Shown here: positions 29,074-37,829 of the stretch, piece by piece | Layout of the letters: the number at the start of each line of letters is the position of its first letter | Position numbering within the stretch: the first letter of the stretch is position 1 | Assembly (NCBI GenBank): GCA_947085655.1 | Contig: CAMTXH010000006.1 | Location: 6,498 to 70,497 of the forward strand | Length of the DNA: 64,000 nt | Direction of reading: 5' to 3' | Origin: an uncultured Omnitrophica bacterium | GTDB taxonomy: Bacteria > Omnitrophota > Gorgyraeia > JACQQV01 | Notes under the pieces: generated by a model | The model's database searches: none | Seen by the model: only the letters and a program-made list of their open reading frames with translations | Told to the model about the DNA's origin: nothing | Translations under genes and position numbers: made by a program

Positions 29074-29754
29074 CTATATTTTTATCATACAATCTTTCGG
29101 ATAAAGATACAAGGGAATTAGTGTCCTTGGGTTTTCAAAGGCCTTCCGGACAAAACGCTCCCCACCGAGCCGTAGGAGAGTCGCCGGATCCGGGATCCCC
29201 TGCTCAGGCGGAGCAAAACGCGCTTCTTTCCCGAGACGCTTTTCGATCAAACTCCGATAAAGGAAGGCCCCATCCCCCAGAAAAAGGGTCCTTCCCTCAA
29301 GAGACCCGAGGAAAGTCTCCGGCGGCGTAACTTGCTCATTGATTTTCTTTTGGAGAAAGCCGTTTTCACGCTCATAGAGCGCTGCATAAACCTGGCTCCG
29401 CTTGGCGTCAATAAAGGGAACGATCCGGGTTTCTTCATCCGAAACCGCCTCCGCAAGACAATCAAGCGTCGGAACCCCGACAACCGGTTTTTGGAGACTC
29501 ACCGCCATCACCTTGACCATGGAGATCCCGACGCGAAGTCCGGTAAAAGAGCCGGGTCCGAGTCCGATGATGAAACAGTCGATTTCCCGGATAGGAAGTT
29601 TCAGCCGCTTCAGCACCTTTTCAAGAACCGGAAGAAGGTCGGCCGAGTGTTTCCTTTCAAGAAGGATCCGCTCTGCAAAAAGGGTTTTGCCCTCTTTTGA
29701 AATCCCGAGCGAAAAATAGGGAGTGGAGGTGTCAAAGGCAAGGAATTTCATCAA
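29074..29754 (-). CDS. tsaB: tRNA threonylcarbamoyladenosine biosynthesis protein TsaB (inactive Kae1 paralogue)
   Basis: MMKFLAFDTSTPYFSLGIS N-terminus, ~225 aa. Confidence 0.8.
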   Translation of the reverse strand: MMKFLAFDTSTPYFSLGISKEGKTLFAERILLERKHSADLLPVLEKVLKRLKLPIREIDCFIIGLGPGSFTGLRVGISMVKVMAVSLQKPVVGVPTLDCLAEAVSDEETRIVPFIDAKRSQVYAALYERENGFLQKKINEQVTPPETFLGSLEGRTLFLGDGAFLYRSLIEKRLGKEARFAPPEQGIPDPATLLRLGGERFVRKAFENPRTLIPLYLYPKDCMIKI

Positions 29755-30224
29755 AGGCCGAGCTCCCGAATCAGAATCTCGTATCGTTTCCCCTTCGGTT
29801 TAAACAAAAGACTCCGCTCATTTTCCCCCACATGTTGAAACTCGATTTGGAGATACTCCGGCGGAAGAAGAGACGTAAGCCGGTCCGCCCACTCCAAAAC
29901 AGAGACCCCTTTTCCGAAAAGGTACTCTTCGATCCCGATCTCCTGCTCAAGCCGGAGAAGATCCCCCTCTCCGGTCAGCCGGTGAGCGTCAAAGTGATAC
30001 AAAGGAAGCCGTCCCTCGTATTCCCGCATCAGGACAAAGGAGGGACTATTCACCGGATGGTTTTGAGAAACGTCAAGCCCTTCTGCAATCCCCTTTACAA
30101 AGGTTGTCTTTCCAGCCCCGAGGTCTCCGACAAGCCCGAGCACTTCCCCGCCCTTCAACGCTTCTCCGAGCCGCCTGCCGAGTTGGACTGTTTCTTTCGG
30201 CTCCTTCGATACAATTTTCTTCAA
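29751..30224 (-). CDS. tsaE: tRNA t6A ATPase TsaE (YjeE)
   Basis: P-loop GDLGAGKTTFVKGIAEGL, ~157 aa. Confidence 0.85.
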   Translation of the reverse strand: MKKIVSKEPKETVQLGRRLGEALKGGEVLGLVGDLGAGKTTFVKGIAEGLDVSQNHPVNSPSFVLMREYEGRLPLYHFDAHRLTGEGDLLRLEQEIGIEEYLFGKGVSVLEWADRLTSLLPPEYLQIEFQHVGENERSLLFKPKGKRYEILIRELGL

Positions 30225-31135
30225 AAGTGCTTAAATCCTCCCTTGAGTGGAACGATTTTCCCGCCGCTTTGGAGTAAAATCCCTTTCCTTTTCGGGAGAA
30301 TTTTCCCAATTTTGGTCACACGAAAACCGAGGCCTATTTGGGAAAGGCGTTTCGCCTCTTTCGGCGCTACGGTAAAAAGAAGTTCGAAATCCTCTCCGTG
30401 ATTCATCGCACTTTCAAAAGTGGCCCCTTTTGTGACCGGAACCGCCTCCTTTTTCACGAGTGCGCCAACTTTGCTTCCCCGGCAGATCTGTCCCAGGTCT
30501 CCGGCAAGGCCGTCCGAAAGATCAATCATAGAAGTGAGCCGGAACTTTTGCGTCAAAAGCCGGGCCTCCCTGACCCGCGGAATAAAAGTCAGGTGCCTTC
30601 CCTTTCGGGAGCCGCCGAGTGTGCCGGTTACAAAGACCGCGTCTCCCACTTTTGCGGTACTCCGGTAGACTGCTCTTCCCTTTTTGACAATCCCGGTCAT
30701 CGCCACGGAGACAAACAGTTTCTCCGAGCGGTCGATATCGCCGCCGACAATCACAACGCCAAATTTCCGGGAGATCGCTTTCATCCCCCGGCCCATTGCT
30801 TCATAAAAAGAAATAGGGAGATCCCTCCGGACCCCGAGCACCACAACCGCATACCGGGGAACTCCGCCCATCGCGGCGATATCGCTGATATTGACGGCGA
30901 TCGCTTTCCATCCGATTTCAAAGGGTGTCGCTTTTTTGGGGTAGAGAGGGGTCTTTTTCAGAGTGAAGTGATGGCCTTCAAGGATGGCATCGGTAGTAAA
31001 AAGGAGGCGGTGACTCCGCGTGAGCGGCAGAACCGCCGCATCATCGCCGCTTCCCCGGATGATCCCTTTTTGGGCTCCAAAAATCTTTTGGAACCTTTGA
31101 ATCAGTCCGAATTCCCCGATCTGACCGAGGTTCAC
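30221..31135 (-). CDS. thiL: Thiamine-monophosphate kinase
   Basis: AIR-synthase-related fold, GSGDDAAVL N-terminal motif, 304 aa. Confidence 0.8.
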   Translation of the reverse strand: MNLGQIGEFGLIQRFQKIFGAQKGIIRGSGDDAAVLPLTRSHRLLFTTDAILEGHHFTLKKTPLYPKKATPFEIGWKAIAVNISDIAAMGGVPRYAVVVLGVRRDLPISFYEAMGRGMKAISRKFGVVIVGGDIDRSEKLFVSVAMTGIVKKGRAVYRSTAKVGDAVFVTGTLGGSRKGRHLTFIPRVREARLLTQKFRLTSMIDLSDGLAGDLGQICRGSKVGALVKKEAVPVTKGATFESAMNHGEDFELLFTVAPKEAKRLSQIGLGFRVTKIGKILPKRKGILLQSGGKIVPLKGGFKHF

Positions 31136-31809
31136 TTCCCGAAGTTCCCGGTGTATCGGCAGTACTCGCAGTCGCCCCCATCCTTCGGGATATCCCCGAG
31201 GAGAAGTTTGACCGCCTTCTCGAGGGTTAATTTGGCGCGGAGGGGGTCAGTCTCCATTTTAATCGGATCCACCTGAAAGCGAACTACTCCTTCCTTTTCC
31301 ACCTTTCCGGGCGAGTAAAAAATCAGGTATCCCAGCGAACAGGTCGGCCGCTGGTTCGATTCCAAAAGTAGGGTGTAGCAGTCGAGTTGGTTTTGATAGT
31401 ACCGCTCCGCATCCGCCTGATTCGGTGCCGAGCCCTTTGTCTTATAGTCGAGCGGGATGTAATATTCGCCTTTCACCAGACACTCGTCCAGCGCCCCGGA
31501 AAGCGCCACGCCGAGTCGGTCATCCTGATAAGAAAGACCCTCCCGCCAATTCCGCCACCTGTTCAGGGTCGCCACATCGTCAAAAAGGCGGCCCTCCACC
31601 TTGCCTGCCAGTTCCGGAGGAAGTTTTTTTGTCTTCCGGTATCCGTCGAAATATTCCTTGATGACCCGGTCCATTCCGCCCGGTAAAGAGGGAAAAATCC
31701 CCCGCGGCCTTTGAATGTTTTTATTGAAATGGAGCCAGAAACAGCGGGGGCAGTTCAAAAGAAGATTCAATGTGGTCGGGGAAAAACTGAGTGCGGTTTT
31801 GTTTTTCAC
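31132..31809 (-). CDS. PD-(D/E)XK nuclease-superfamily protein with four cysteines (N-terminal CPRC, C-terminal CEYC), Cas4/AddB-nuclease-like
   Basis: 225 aa. The Cys pairs flank a core with D...LDYKTK (D-x-K) motifs, the arrangement seen in Fe-S-cluster Cas4/DUF83 nucleases. No CRISPR array or other cas gene is nearby. Confidence 0.55.
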   Translation of the reverse strand: MKNKTALSFSPTTLNLLLNCPRCFWLHFNKNIQRPRGIFPSLPGGMDRVIKEYFDGYRKTKKLPPELAGKVEGRLFDDVATLNRWRNWREGLSYQDDRLGVALSGALDECLVKGEYYIPLDYKTKGSAPNQADAERYYQNQLDCYTLLLESNQRPTCSLGYLIFYSPGKVEKEGVVRFQVDPIKMETDPLRAKLTLEKAVKLLLGDIPKDGGDCEYCRYTGNFGK

Positions 31810-32591
31810 GTCGCCTTTTTCGGCTTCGGGAATTTACCGTTCAGCGCATCCGCGGCAATCGAAAGGACCTCCGGAGGAAAATTCTGGTCGAGCATCCACT
31901 GGAGATACCCCGGATTCTCCTTGGCCACCTCCCGGAGGGACTTTCCGTAGATCCCCTTTTTCCCGAAGTTAAAATAGACCTCTCCGTTCCACCAGCGGAA
32001 ACGCTGTGTCCGGTCCACATAAACCGTTTCCCGCTGAGTCGCCTCATCCAAAAGTTCCACCTCGCGGGGAAGATCCGGATACGCTTCGAGCTCCGCTTTA
32101 AATACCTCGAGAGAGGCCCGTGCATCCGCCAGCGCCGAATGGGCATTTTCAAGCGGTTTTTGAAGGTAACGTCGGCAGGCGGCATCCAGATCGCGGGGCT
32201 CCTTCAACATAAAAACTTTTTTGGCGTCGATGAGGAAACAGCGCTCAAAATTGAACAAGACCCCTGCCAGCTCAAATTCCTTTTTCAAAAGCGGTACATC
32301 CAGCCGGTCCAGTCCGAATCCGCCCAAATCCGACCCCTCAAAGCATTCGATGACCTTCTTGGCAATCTCCCTGAAAGGGGGAGCGTTCTTCACATCCCCA
32401 TCGGTAATCCGGTGAATCGCGGTTGCCTCGGGCGGGATTTTCATCTCGGGGTTGATACGGGTGTGGAACAGCTCCTCCCTTCCGTCGGGAAAGAGTTTAA
32501 TGAGTGCGATTTCCACGATTCGGTCTTTCTCCGGCCAGACCCCCGTTGCTTCAAGGTCCAGAAAAACGATCGGCCGCTTCAGTTTGAACAT
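31806..32591 (-). CDS. DnaQ-like (DEDDh) 3'-5' exonuclease with a C-terminal QSregVF_b-like tail domain
   Basis: IVFLDLEATGV Exo I motif and H-x4-D (HSALADARAS) Exo III motif. The C-terminal FGKKGIYGKSLREV...YLQWML resembles the tail domain of stand-alone exonucleases. Confidence 0.65.
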   Translation of the reverse strand: MFKLKRPIVFLDLEATGVWPEKDRIVEIALIKLFPDGREELFHTRINPEMKIPPEATAIHRITDGDVKNAPPFREIAKKVIECFEGSDLGGFGLDRLDVPLLKKEFELAGVLFNFERCFLIDAKKVFMLKEPRDLDAACRRYLQKPLENAHSALADARASLEVFKAELEAYPDLPREVELLDEATQRETVYVDRTQRFRWWNGEVYFNFGKKGIYGKSLREVAKENPGYLQWMLDQNFPPEVLSIAADALNGKFPKPKKAT

Positions 32592-32592
32592 C

Positions 32593-33651
32593 CTACCCCC
32601 CCACGCCGAAGAGTTGGGAGAGGTGGATGGAAAAATAAAAGACCGCCATCACCAGCGCATTGTGGACAATATGAATCGTCATGGAGGTTACGAGCGATCC
32701 GGTGAGTTCATACCCGTAAGCGAGTGCACAACCCAAAAGGATAATCGGGAGAAACCCCACGAGATTGGCATGCAACACCGCAAAGAAAAACCCGCTTGAA
32801 AGAATCGCCCGTCCCCTTCCCCACCGGACCTTCAGCGCATTGTACAGAAATCCCCGGAAGAAAATTTCCTCCACAATCGGCCCCAGAATCACCACCAGGA
32901 TCAAGGCGAGCGCAAGAATTTCCCTGGAACTCTCCTCCAAAAAGAGATGCTGGAGGGGCTGCTTCGGCGGCGAAAATCGGAAAAGTTCCGCAAGCCAGAG
33001 TGAAAGAAAAAAAGCCAAAAGGAGAACCGGGAGGAGTGAAAAGTAGCCCCGTAAGCCAAAAAGGACGTTTTGGGGAAAGGCGTTGGTTGAAAGGCCGAGG
33101 GATGAGACCCCCTGTCCCTTCTGGGCCGTGACAACCCGGAGGATGAGATAAACGGCCAAAAGGTCCAAAAGGAGCGTCCCGCCGATCAGATGCACCCCCT
33201 CCGTCCCTTTACCGCCGGAGAAATGGAAAAAGAAGGCCTGAATCAGTTCGATGACGTAACTGGCAAAGATGATGAGAACCACGACATGAAAGACATCCCG
33301 CAATGACCAGCGGATCTCTTGCTCGGGAGAGCGCCACGGAATGACGAATCGTCCCTGTCGCTTGAGCATGACAAATTGAAGTCCCAGGATAAATCCTGCC
33401 ACCATCAAAAAGAGAAAGGCAAGCGTTCCGATCCCAAAGAGAAACTGGATGAGCGGATCCTTCCGGAAGGTTTCCATCAGTTTCGCTTCTTCGAAAATCT
33501 CCTCCCCGGGAACCGATTCAGGGCCAGGCAGGGGAAGGGCGAAAGAGCCCACCAAGACGACCATGCTGTGAAAGAGGATCAAAAAAACCAGGATCCAGAC
33601 GTATTTCCGCTCCTCGTGAATCCATTGTCTGATTCCTTCAAGTCTTCTCAT
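32593..33651 (-). CDS. CPBP-family (CAAX/Abi) intramembrane glutamic metalloprotease
   Basis: Multi-TM protein with EEIFFRGFL and FFAVLHAN motifs. Confidence 0.7.
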   Translation of the reverse strand: MRRLEGIRQWIHEERKYVWILVFLILFHSMVVLVGSFALPLPGPESVPGEEIFEEAKLMETFRKDPLIQFLFGIGTLAFLFLMVAGFILGLQFVMLKRQGRFVIPWRSPEQEIRWSLRDVFHVVVLIIFASYVIELIQAFFFHFSGGKGTEGVHLIGGTLLLDLLAVYLILRVVTAQKGQGVSSLGLSTNAFPQNVLFGLRGYFSLLPVLLLAFFLSLWLAELFRFSPPKQPLQHLFLEESSREILALALILVVILGPIVEEIFFRGFLYNALKVRWGRGRAILSSGFFFAVLHANLVGFLPIILLGCALAYGYELTGSLVTSMTIHIVHNALVMAVFYFSIHLSQLFGVGG

Positions 33652-35027
33652 CCCACCACGTCCAGTTTTCGAAACCGCGCCTCGACCCCCAATTCACCCG
33701 CAAGCTTCTGGCAGGCGGCTACATCAATTTCCGGAACCTCCACGAACGTCACGGCCACTTTCGGGATCATTTTTTTGCACTCCAGGATAAACGCTTTGAC
33801 TTTTTCAAATGTCCCGACCCCGAAATGCGGACGGACGATCGCGTTATATTTTTCCTCATTTTCCGCGTTGAGACTCACGGAGATTTCGTCAATGAGACCC
33901 GACAACTCCGGTACAATGGACCGTTTATGAATCAGGTTGCCGTGGCCATTCGTGTTCAACCGGGTCCGGATGCCGCCGCGCGCTTTAAGGGCCTTGGCCA
34001 CCTCCACCACAAAATCAATCCGGAGGGTCGGCTCCCCGTAGCCGCAAAAGACCACCTCTTCGTACTGATCCGCCCCCGCAAGCGCCGAGAGGACCTCCTG
34101 AGCGGATGGGGCCCGCTTCATTTTGAGCCGGTATCCCTTCAGATACAACTCCGAATCCGGTTCGCTCAATTCACAAAAGGTGCACCGGGCACTGCAGGCG
34201 TTGGTCACATTCACATAAAGGGCGTTATCGATCGGATAAACCAGCTGCTCCTCACCCGGCCGGCCCATCGGAAAAAGGGAAAAGGCATTTTCAGAGGTCC
34301 GATGTCCGATTTCCTCCGCCGAAACTGCTTTCAATCTGGCAATCGCTTCTGCGGTCTCTTTCAGATAAGCGGGTTCATTCCTTTTTCCCCGGACCGACTG
34401 AGGGGAAAGATACGGGGCATCCGTCTCAATCAGCATTCGATCCAAGGGACAGGCCTTCACCGCCTCTCGGAGTCCTTCCGATTTGGGATAGGTGATATTT
34501 CCGGAAAAGGAGATGTGGAGTCCAAGTGCAAGGAGTGTTTCCAGGTTCGCAGCAGTTCCTGAAAAACAATGATTCACGCCCCGGATCGGCAAAGAGACAT
34601 GCGCTTTCAAGATTGAGACAAGGTCCGGATAGGCGTCCCGGATATGGAGGAGGATCGGGTGGCGGAATTCATCCGCCAGCTCCAGCATCCGGATGAAACA
34701 TTTTTTCTGATCCTCCTCCGGCGAAAGGTTCCGGTAATAATCAAGGCCGATCTCGCCGATGGCAACCACCTTGGTCGATTGGGTCACTTCTCTCAATTCC
34801 TCGAAGATCGATTCATTAAAATGCTTTGCTTCATGGGGATGGTACCCGACGGTCGAATAGATAAAAGGGAATTTCTGGGCAAGGCCGTTTGCCCCGCGGC
34901 TTGTCCCGACGTCGGTTCCCACACACAAAAGGGCCGAGACACCCCCCTCCGCCGCCCGCCGGATCACCGATTCGCGGTCCGGATCAAAATCCTGAAACTG
35001 CAAATGGCAATGCGTATCCACAAACAT
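33648..35027 (-). CDS. TatD-family metal-dependent hydrolase fused to a radical-SAM domain (the TatD-associated rSAM family)
   Basis: The N-terminal ~260 aa are TatD-like (FVDTHCHLQF...GEIGLDY...HCFSG...ETDAPYL). The C-terminal ~190 aa carry CSARCTFC, a C-x3-C-x2-C radical-SAM cluster motif. Confidence 0.7.
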   Translation of the reverse strand: MFVDTHCHLQFQDFDPDRESVIRRAAEGGVSALLCVGTDVGTSRGANGLAQKFPFIYSTVGYHPHEAKHFNESIFEELREVTQSTKVVAIGEIGLDYYRNLSPEEDQKKCFIRMLELADEFRHPILLHIRDAYPDLVSILKAHVSLPIRGVNHCFSGTAANLETLLALGLHISFSGNITYPKSEGLREAVKACPLDRMLIETDAPYLSPQSVRGKRNEPAYLKETAEAIARLKAVSAEEIGHRTSENAFSLFPMGRPGEEQLVYPIDNALYVNVTNACSARCTFCELSEPDSELYLKGYRLKMKRAPSAQEVLSALAGADQYEEVVFCGYGEPTLRIDFVVEVAKALKARGGIRTRLNTNGHGNLIHKRSIVPELSGLIDEISVSLNAENEEKYNAIVRPHFGVGTFEKVKAFILECKKMIPKVAVTFVEVPEIDVAACQKLAGELGVEARFRKLDVVG

Positions 35028-35034
35028 AGATTAG

Positions 35035-35164
35035 TAAAGAGTAGACGCTTTACGAAACCACTTTAACGACTTAATGTTACAAATAAATTCAATCATCCAA
35101 TCCATTTATTATTTATTTGTATCTTATTTAAATTTAGTATGTTATGTAAAGCGTCTACTATTTA
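35035..35164. repeat. 130-bp AT-rich segment flanked by near-perfect 19-bp inverted repeats (TAAAGAGTAGACGCTTTAC ... GTAAAGCGTCTACTATTTA)
   Basis: It fills the whole nifS/TatD-rSAM intergenic gap. The right inverted repeat contains the nifS TAG stop. The interior is about 20% GC in a ~58% GC region. MITE-like or a large protein-binding palindrome. Confidence 0.6.
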
Positions 35165-36318
35165 TTTTTACCCACGATCTGACGGAGCCGTTTGACCACT
35201 TTCGCCGTGAGAACCACACCGGCGTCGATCTCCGCTTCCGTGTTCTCGTAGCCAAAGGAAAATCTGACCGTCCCTCGCGCCACCTCCTGAGGAACCCCCA
35301 TCGCCACCAGCACATGCGAGGGCTCAAGGCTGCCCGCCGTGCAGGCCGATCCGGTCGAGATGCAGACCCCCTCCAGATCCAAATTGATGGCCAAGGATTC
35401 CCCTTCAACCCCCTTGAACCCCAAATTCACGGTCCCTGGAATCCGGTCGGTCGGGTGACCGTTCAAGACCGCATCCTCCACCTGCCTTAAAATCCCCTCG
35501 TAAAACCGTTCCTGAAGGGATTGAAGATGCTTCCCCCGCTTTTCCATCTGGCTTTTGGCAAGGGAGATCGCTTTGCCCAGTCCCACAATCCCTGCCACAT
35601 TCTCAGTCCCGGCCCGCATCCGCCTCTCATGATGCCCGCCGTGCTGGTGGGGCAGAATCCGGACATCCTTTCGGATGTAAAGAAATCCAACCCCCTTCGG
35701 TCCGTAAAATTTGTGCGCCGAGACGGAAAGAAGGTCCACACCCAATCCATCCACCGTGAACGGAATCTTGGCAAAACTTTGAACCGCGTCGGTGTGAAAG
35801 GGAATCCCCCGCTCTCTGGCAAGGGTTGCCAGTTCCCGAATAGGTTGAACCGTTCCGACTTCGTTATTGGCGTGCATGATGGAGACGAGAATCGTCCGGT
35901 CGGTGATGGCCGCTTTCAAATCTTCCGGCGAGATCTTCCCGGTCCGGTCCACCGGCAGGAGGGTGACCTCAAACCCCTGGCTCTCGAGAAACCGGCAGGT
36001 ATCGAGGACGCAGGGGTGCTCGATCCGGCTTGAAATCAGATGGTTTCCGAACTCGCGGTTTCTAAAACTGATTCCTTTGAGGGCAAAATTGTTTGACTCG
36101 GTGCCGCCGGAGGTAAAATAGACGGTGTTCGGTTTGACTCCGAGAAAATCGGCAACAACCTCCCGGGCATGCTCCACCGCCTCCCGTGCCTGTCTCCCCT
36201 TCCCGTAGATGCTGGAGGCATTCCCGTATTCGTCCTTCAGGTACGGCAGCATCGCCTCCAGCACCTCCGGATGGAGGGGGGAGGTTGCGTTATGGTCAAA
36301 GTAATGGATTTTCTTCAT
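35158..36318 (-). CDS. nifS: Cysteine desulfurase (NifS/IscS class V aminotransferase)
   Basis: 386 aa, HNATSPLHPEVLEAM..., PLP-lysine region SAHKFYGPKGVGFLYI. Confidence 0.85.
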   Translation of the reverse strand: MKKIHYFDHNATSPLHPEVLEAMLPYLKDEYGNASSIYGKGRQAREAVEHAREVVADFLGVKPNTVYFTSGGTESNNFALKGISFRNREFGNHLISSRIEHPCVLDTCRFLESQGFEVTLLPVDRTGKISPEDLKAAITDRTILVSIMHANNEVGTVQPIRELATLARERGIPFHTDAVQSFAKIPFTVDGLGVDLLSVSAHKFYGPKGVGFLYIRKDVRILPHQHGGHHERRMRAGTENVAGIVGLGKAISLAKSQMEKRGKHLQSLQERFYEGILRQVEDAVLNGHPTDRIPGTVNLGFKGVEGESLAINLDLEGVCISTGSACTAGSLEPSHVLVAMGVPQEVARGTVRFSFGYENTEAEIDAGVVLTAKVVKRLRQIVGKNK

Positions 36319-37829
36319 GCTTCAATTTTTTGATAGAGGACTTCCCCTTTTTGAATTGTACCACCGACCGGAAGAAGCGGTTCCTCCAACGCCTGAAAGG
36401 TCGCTTGAGCGAGTTGTTTCCGGATGCCGAGCTGCTCCCAAATCCTTTCCGCCGTCTCCGGGATGAAGGGGTAAATCGAAAGGGAGACTTTTTTCAAGAC
36501 CTCCAAAAGGGTCCGAAGGACCGACCCGAGCCGTTTTTCGTCCCTTTCCTTCGCAAGCTTCCAGGGGGCCTCCTCCTCGATGAACCGGTTGGCGTTCCGG
36601 ACCCGCTCCCAGATTAAAAGAAGTGCACCGTCAAACTGGAGGCGGCTCATTTTTTCATCGATTTCTTGCAAGGGAAATTTTCTCCCCGGCTCCAGAATCT
36701 CCCCTTCCGGTATTTTTCCCTCGAAATACTTCTCGACCATTGTCAATGTCCGGTAAACGAGATTTCCGAGGTCGTTGGCCAATTCGTTATTGAGACGGGT
36801 GATGAGCGCTTCCTCGCTGAAAACACCGTCCAGTCCGAACGGGACCTCCCGCAGCAAAAAATAGCGGTAGGAATCGACGCCGTATTTTTCGATCATCTCA
36901 ACCGGGTCCACAACATTCTTTTTTGACTTCGACATCTTCTCCCCGCCGACTTTCCACCAGCCGTGGGCAAAAATCGTCCGCGGCGGCCGGATTCCGAGCG
37001 CATGGAGCGTAATCGGCCAATAAACGGCATGGTGTCGGAGAATGTCTTTGCCCACAAGGTGGACCGCCCCCGCCTCCTCCCAGAAAGGAGTGAACCGTTC
37101 CCCGTCCGGCCAGCCGAGGGCGCTGATGTAATTCAACAAAGCATCGAACCAGACATAGGTCACATGCTTCGAACTGAAAGGAACCGGAATGCCCCACGGC
37201 ACCCGCTCCCTGGGCCGCGTGATACAAAGGTCCGGAAGTTCGTTCTCCAAGAGGGCGAGGATTTCGTTCCGGCGGACAGAAGGGAGAATGAATTCCTCGT
37301 GGGAGAGAATGTACCTTTTGAGCCACTCCCGGTGCCGCTCAAGCGGGAGATAAAAATCCTCTTCCTCAATTTTCGTAACGGGGCGGGCGCAATTCGGACA
37401 AACCGGACTGACACCCTCCAGCTCGTCGATCCCGTAATGGGTTTCGCAGGGGACGCAATACCAGGACCTAAATGTCCCCTCCGCCAATTGCGGCCGCAAC
37501 TTCTCAAGAAACCGCTGGACAATTTTTTTGTGCGCTTCATCCGTCGTCCGGATGAAAAAATCGTAGGAAATGTTCAACCCCTCCCAAAGGGATTTGAAGC
37601 GGCTAGAATTCTCATCCACAAAGGCCTTTGGAGAGTCGAATCCTTTCGCCTTTGCGGCTTGAGTGATCTTTTCGCCGTGCTCATCGGTTCCGGTCAGGAA
37701 GAAGACCTCCTCCCCTTTCAGCCTGTGATACCGGGCCAGACAGTCGGTTGCGATCTCCGTATAGGAATGTCCGATATGCGGCTCGGCGTTCACATAATAA
37801 AGAGGGGTGGTGACGTAATACCGCTTCAT
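36315..37829 (-). CDS. metG: Methionine--tRNA ligase (short form)
   Basis: YYVTTPLYYVNAEPHIGHSYT HIGH motif and KMSKS motif. Confidence 0.9.
   Translation of the reverse strand: MKRYYVTTPLYYVNAEPHIGHSYTEIATDCLARYHRLKGEEVFFLTGTDEHGEKITQAAKAKGFDSPKAFVDENSSRFKSLWEGLNISYDFFIRTTDEAHKKIVQRFLEKLRPQLAEGTFRSWYCVPCETHYGIDELEGVSPVCPNCARPVTKIEEEDFYLPLERHREWLKRYILSHEEFILPSVRRNEILALLENELPDLCITRPRERVPWGIPVPFSSKHVTYVWFDALLNYISALGWPDGERFTPFWEEAGAVHLVGKDILRHHAVYWPITLHALGIRPPRTIFAHGWWKVGGEKMSKSKKNVVDPVEMIEKYGVDSYRYFLLREVPFGLDGVFSEEALITRLNNELANDLGNLVYRTLTMVEKYFEGKIPEGEILEPGRKFPLQEIDEKMSRLQFDGALLLIWERVRNANRFIEEEAPWKLAKERDEKRLGSVLRTLLEVLKKVSLSIYPFIPETAERIWEQLGIRKQLAQATFQALEEPLLPVGGTIQKGEVLYQKIEA

Noticed and set aside
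31132-31809. The Cas4-like nuclease as evidence of a CRISPR-Cas locus
   Set aside because: No repeat-spacer array and no other cas genes are present anywhere in the 64 kb. Solo Cas4-family nucleases are common outside CRISPR loci.
35074-35490. 138-aa plus-strand ORF starting inside the AT-rich inverted-repeat element
   Set aside because: The hydrophobic N-terminus is simply the translated AT-rich spacer. The remainder is antisense to nifS. No ribosome-binding site.
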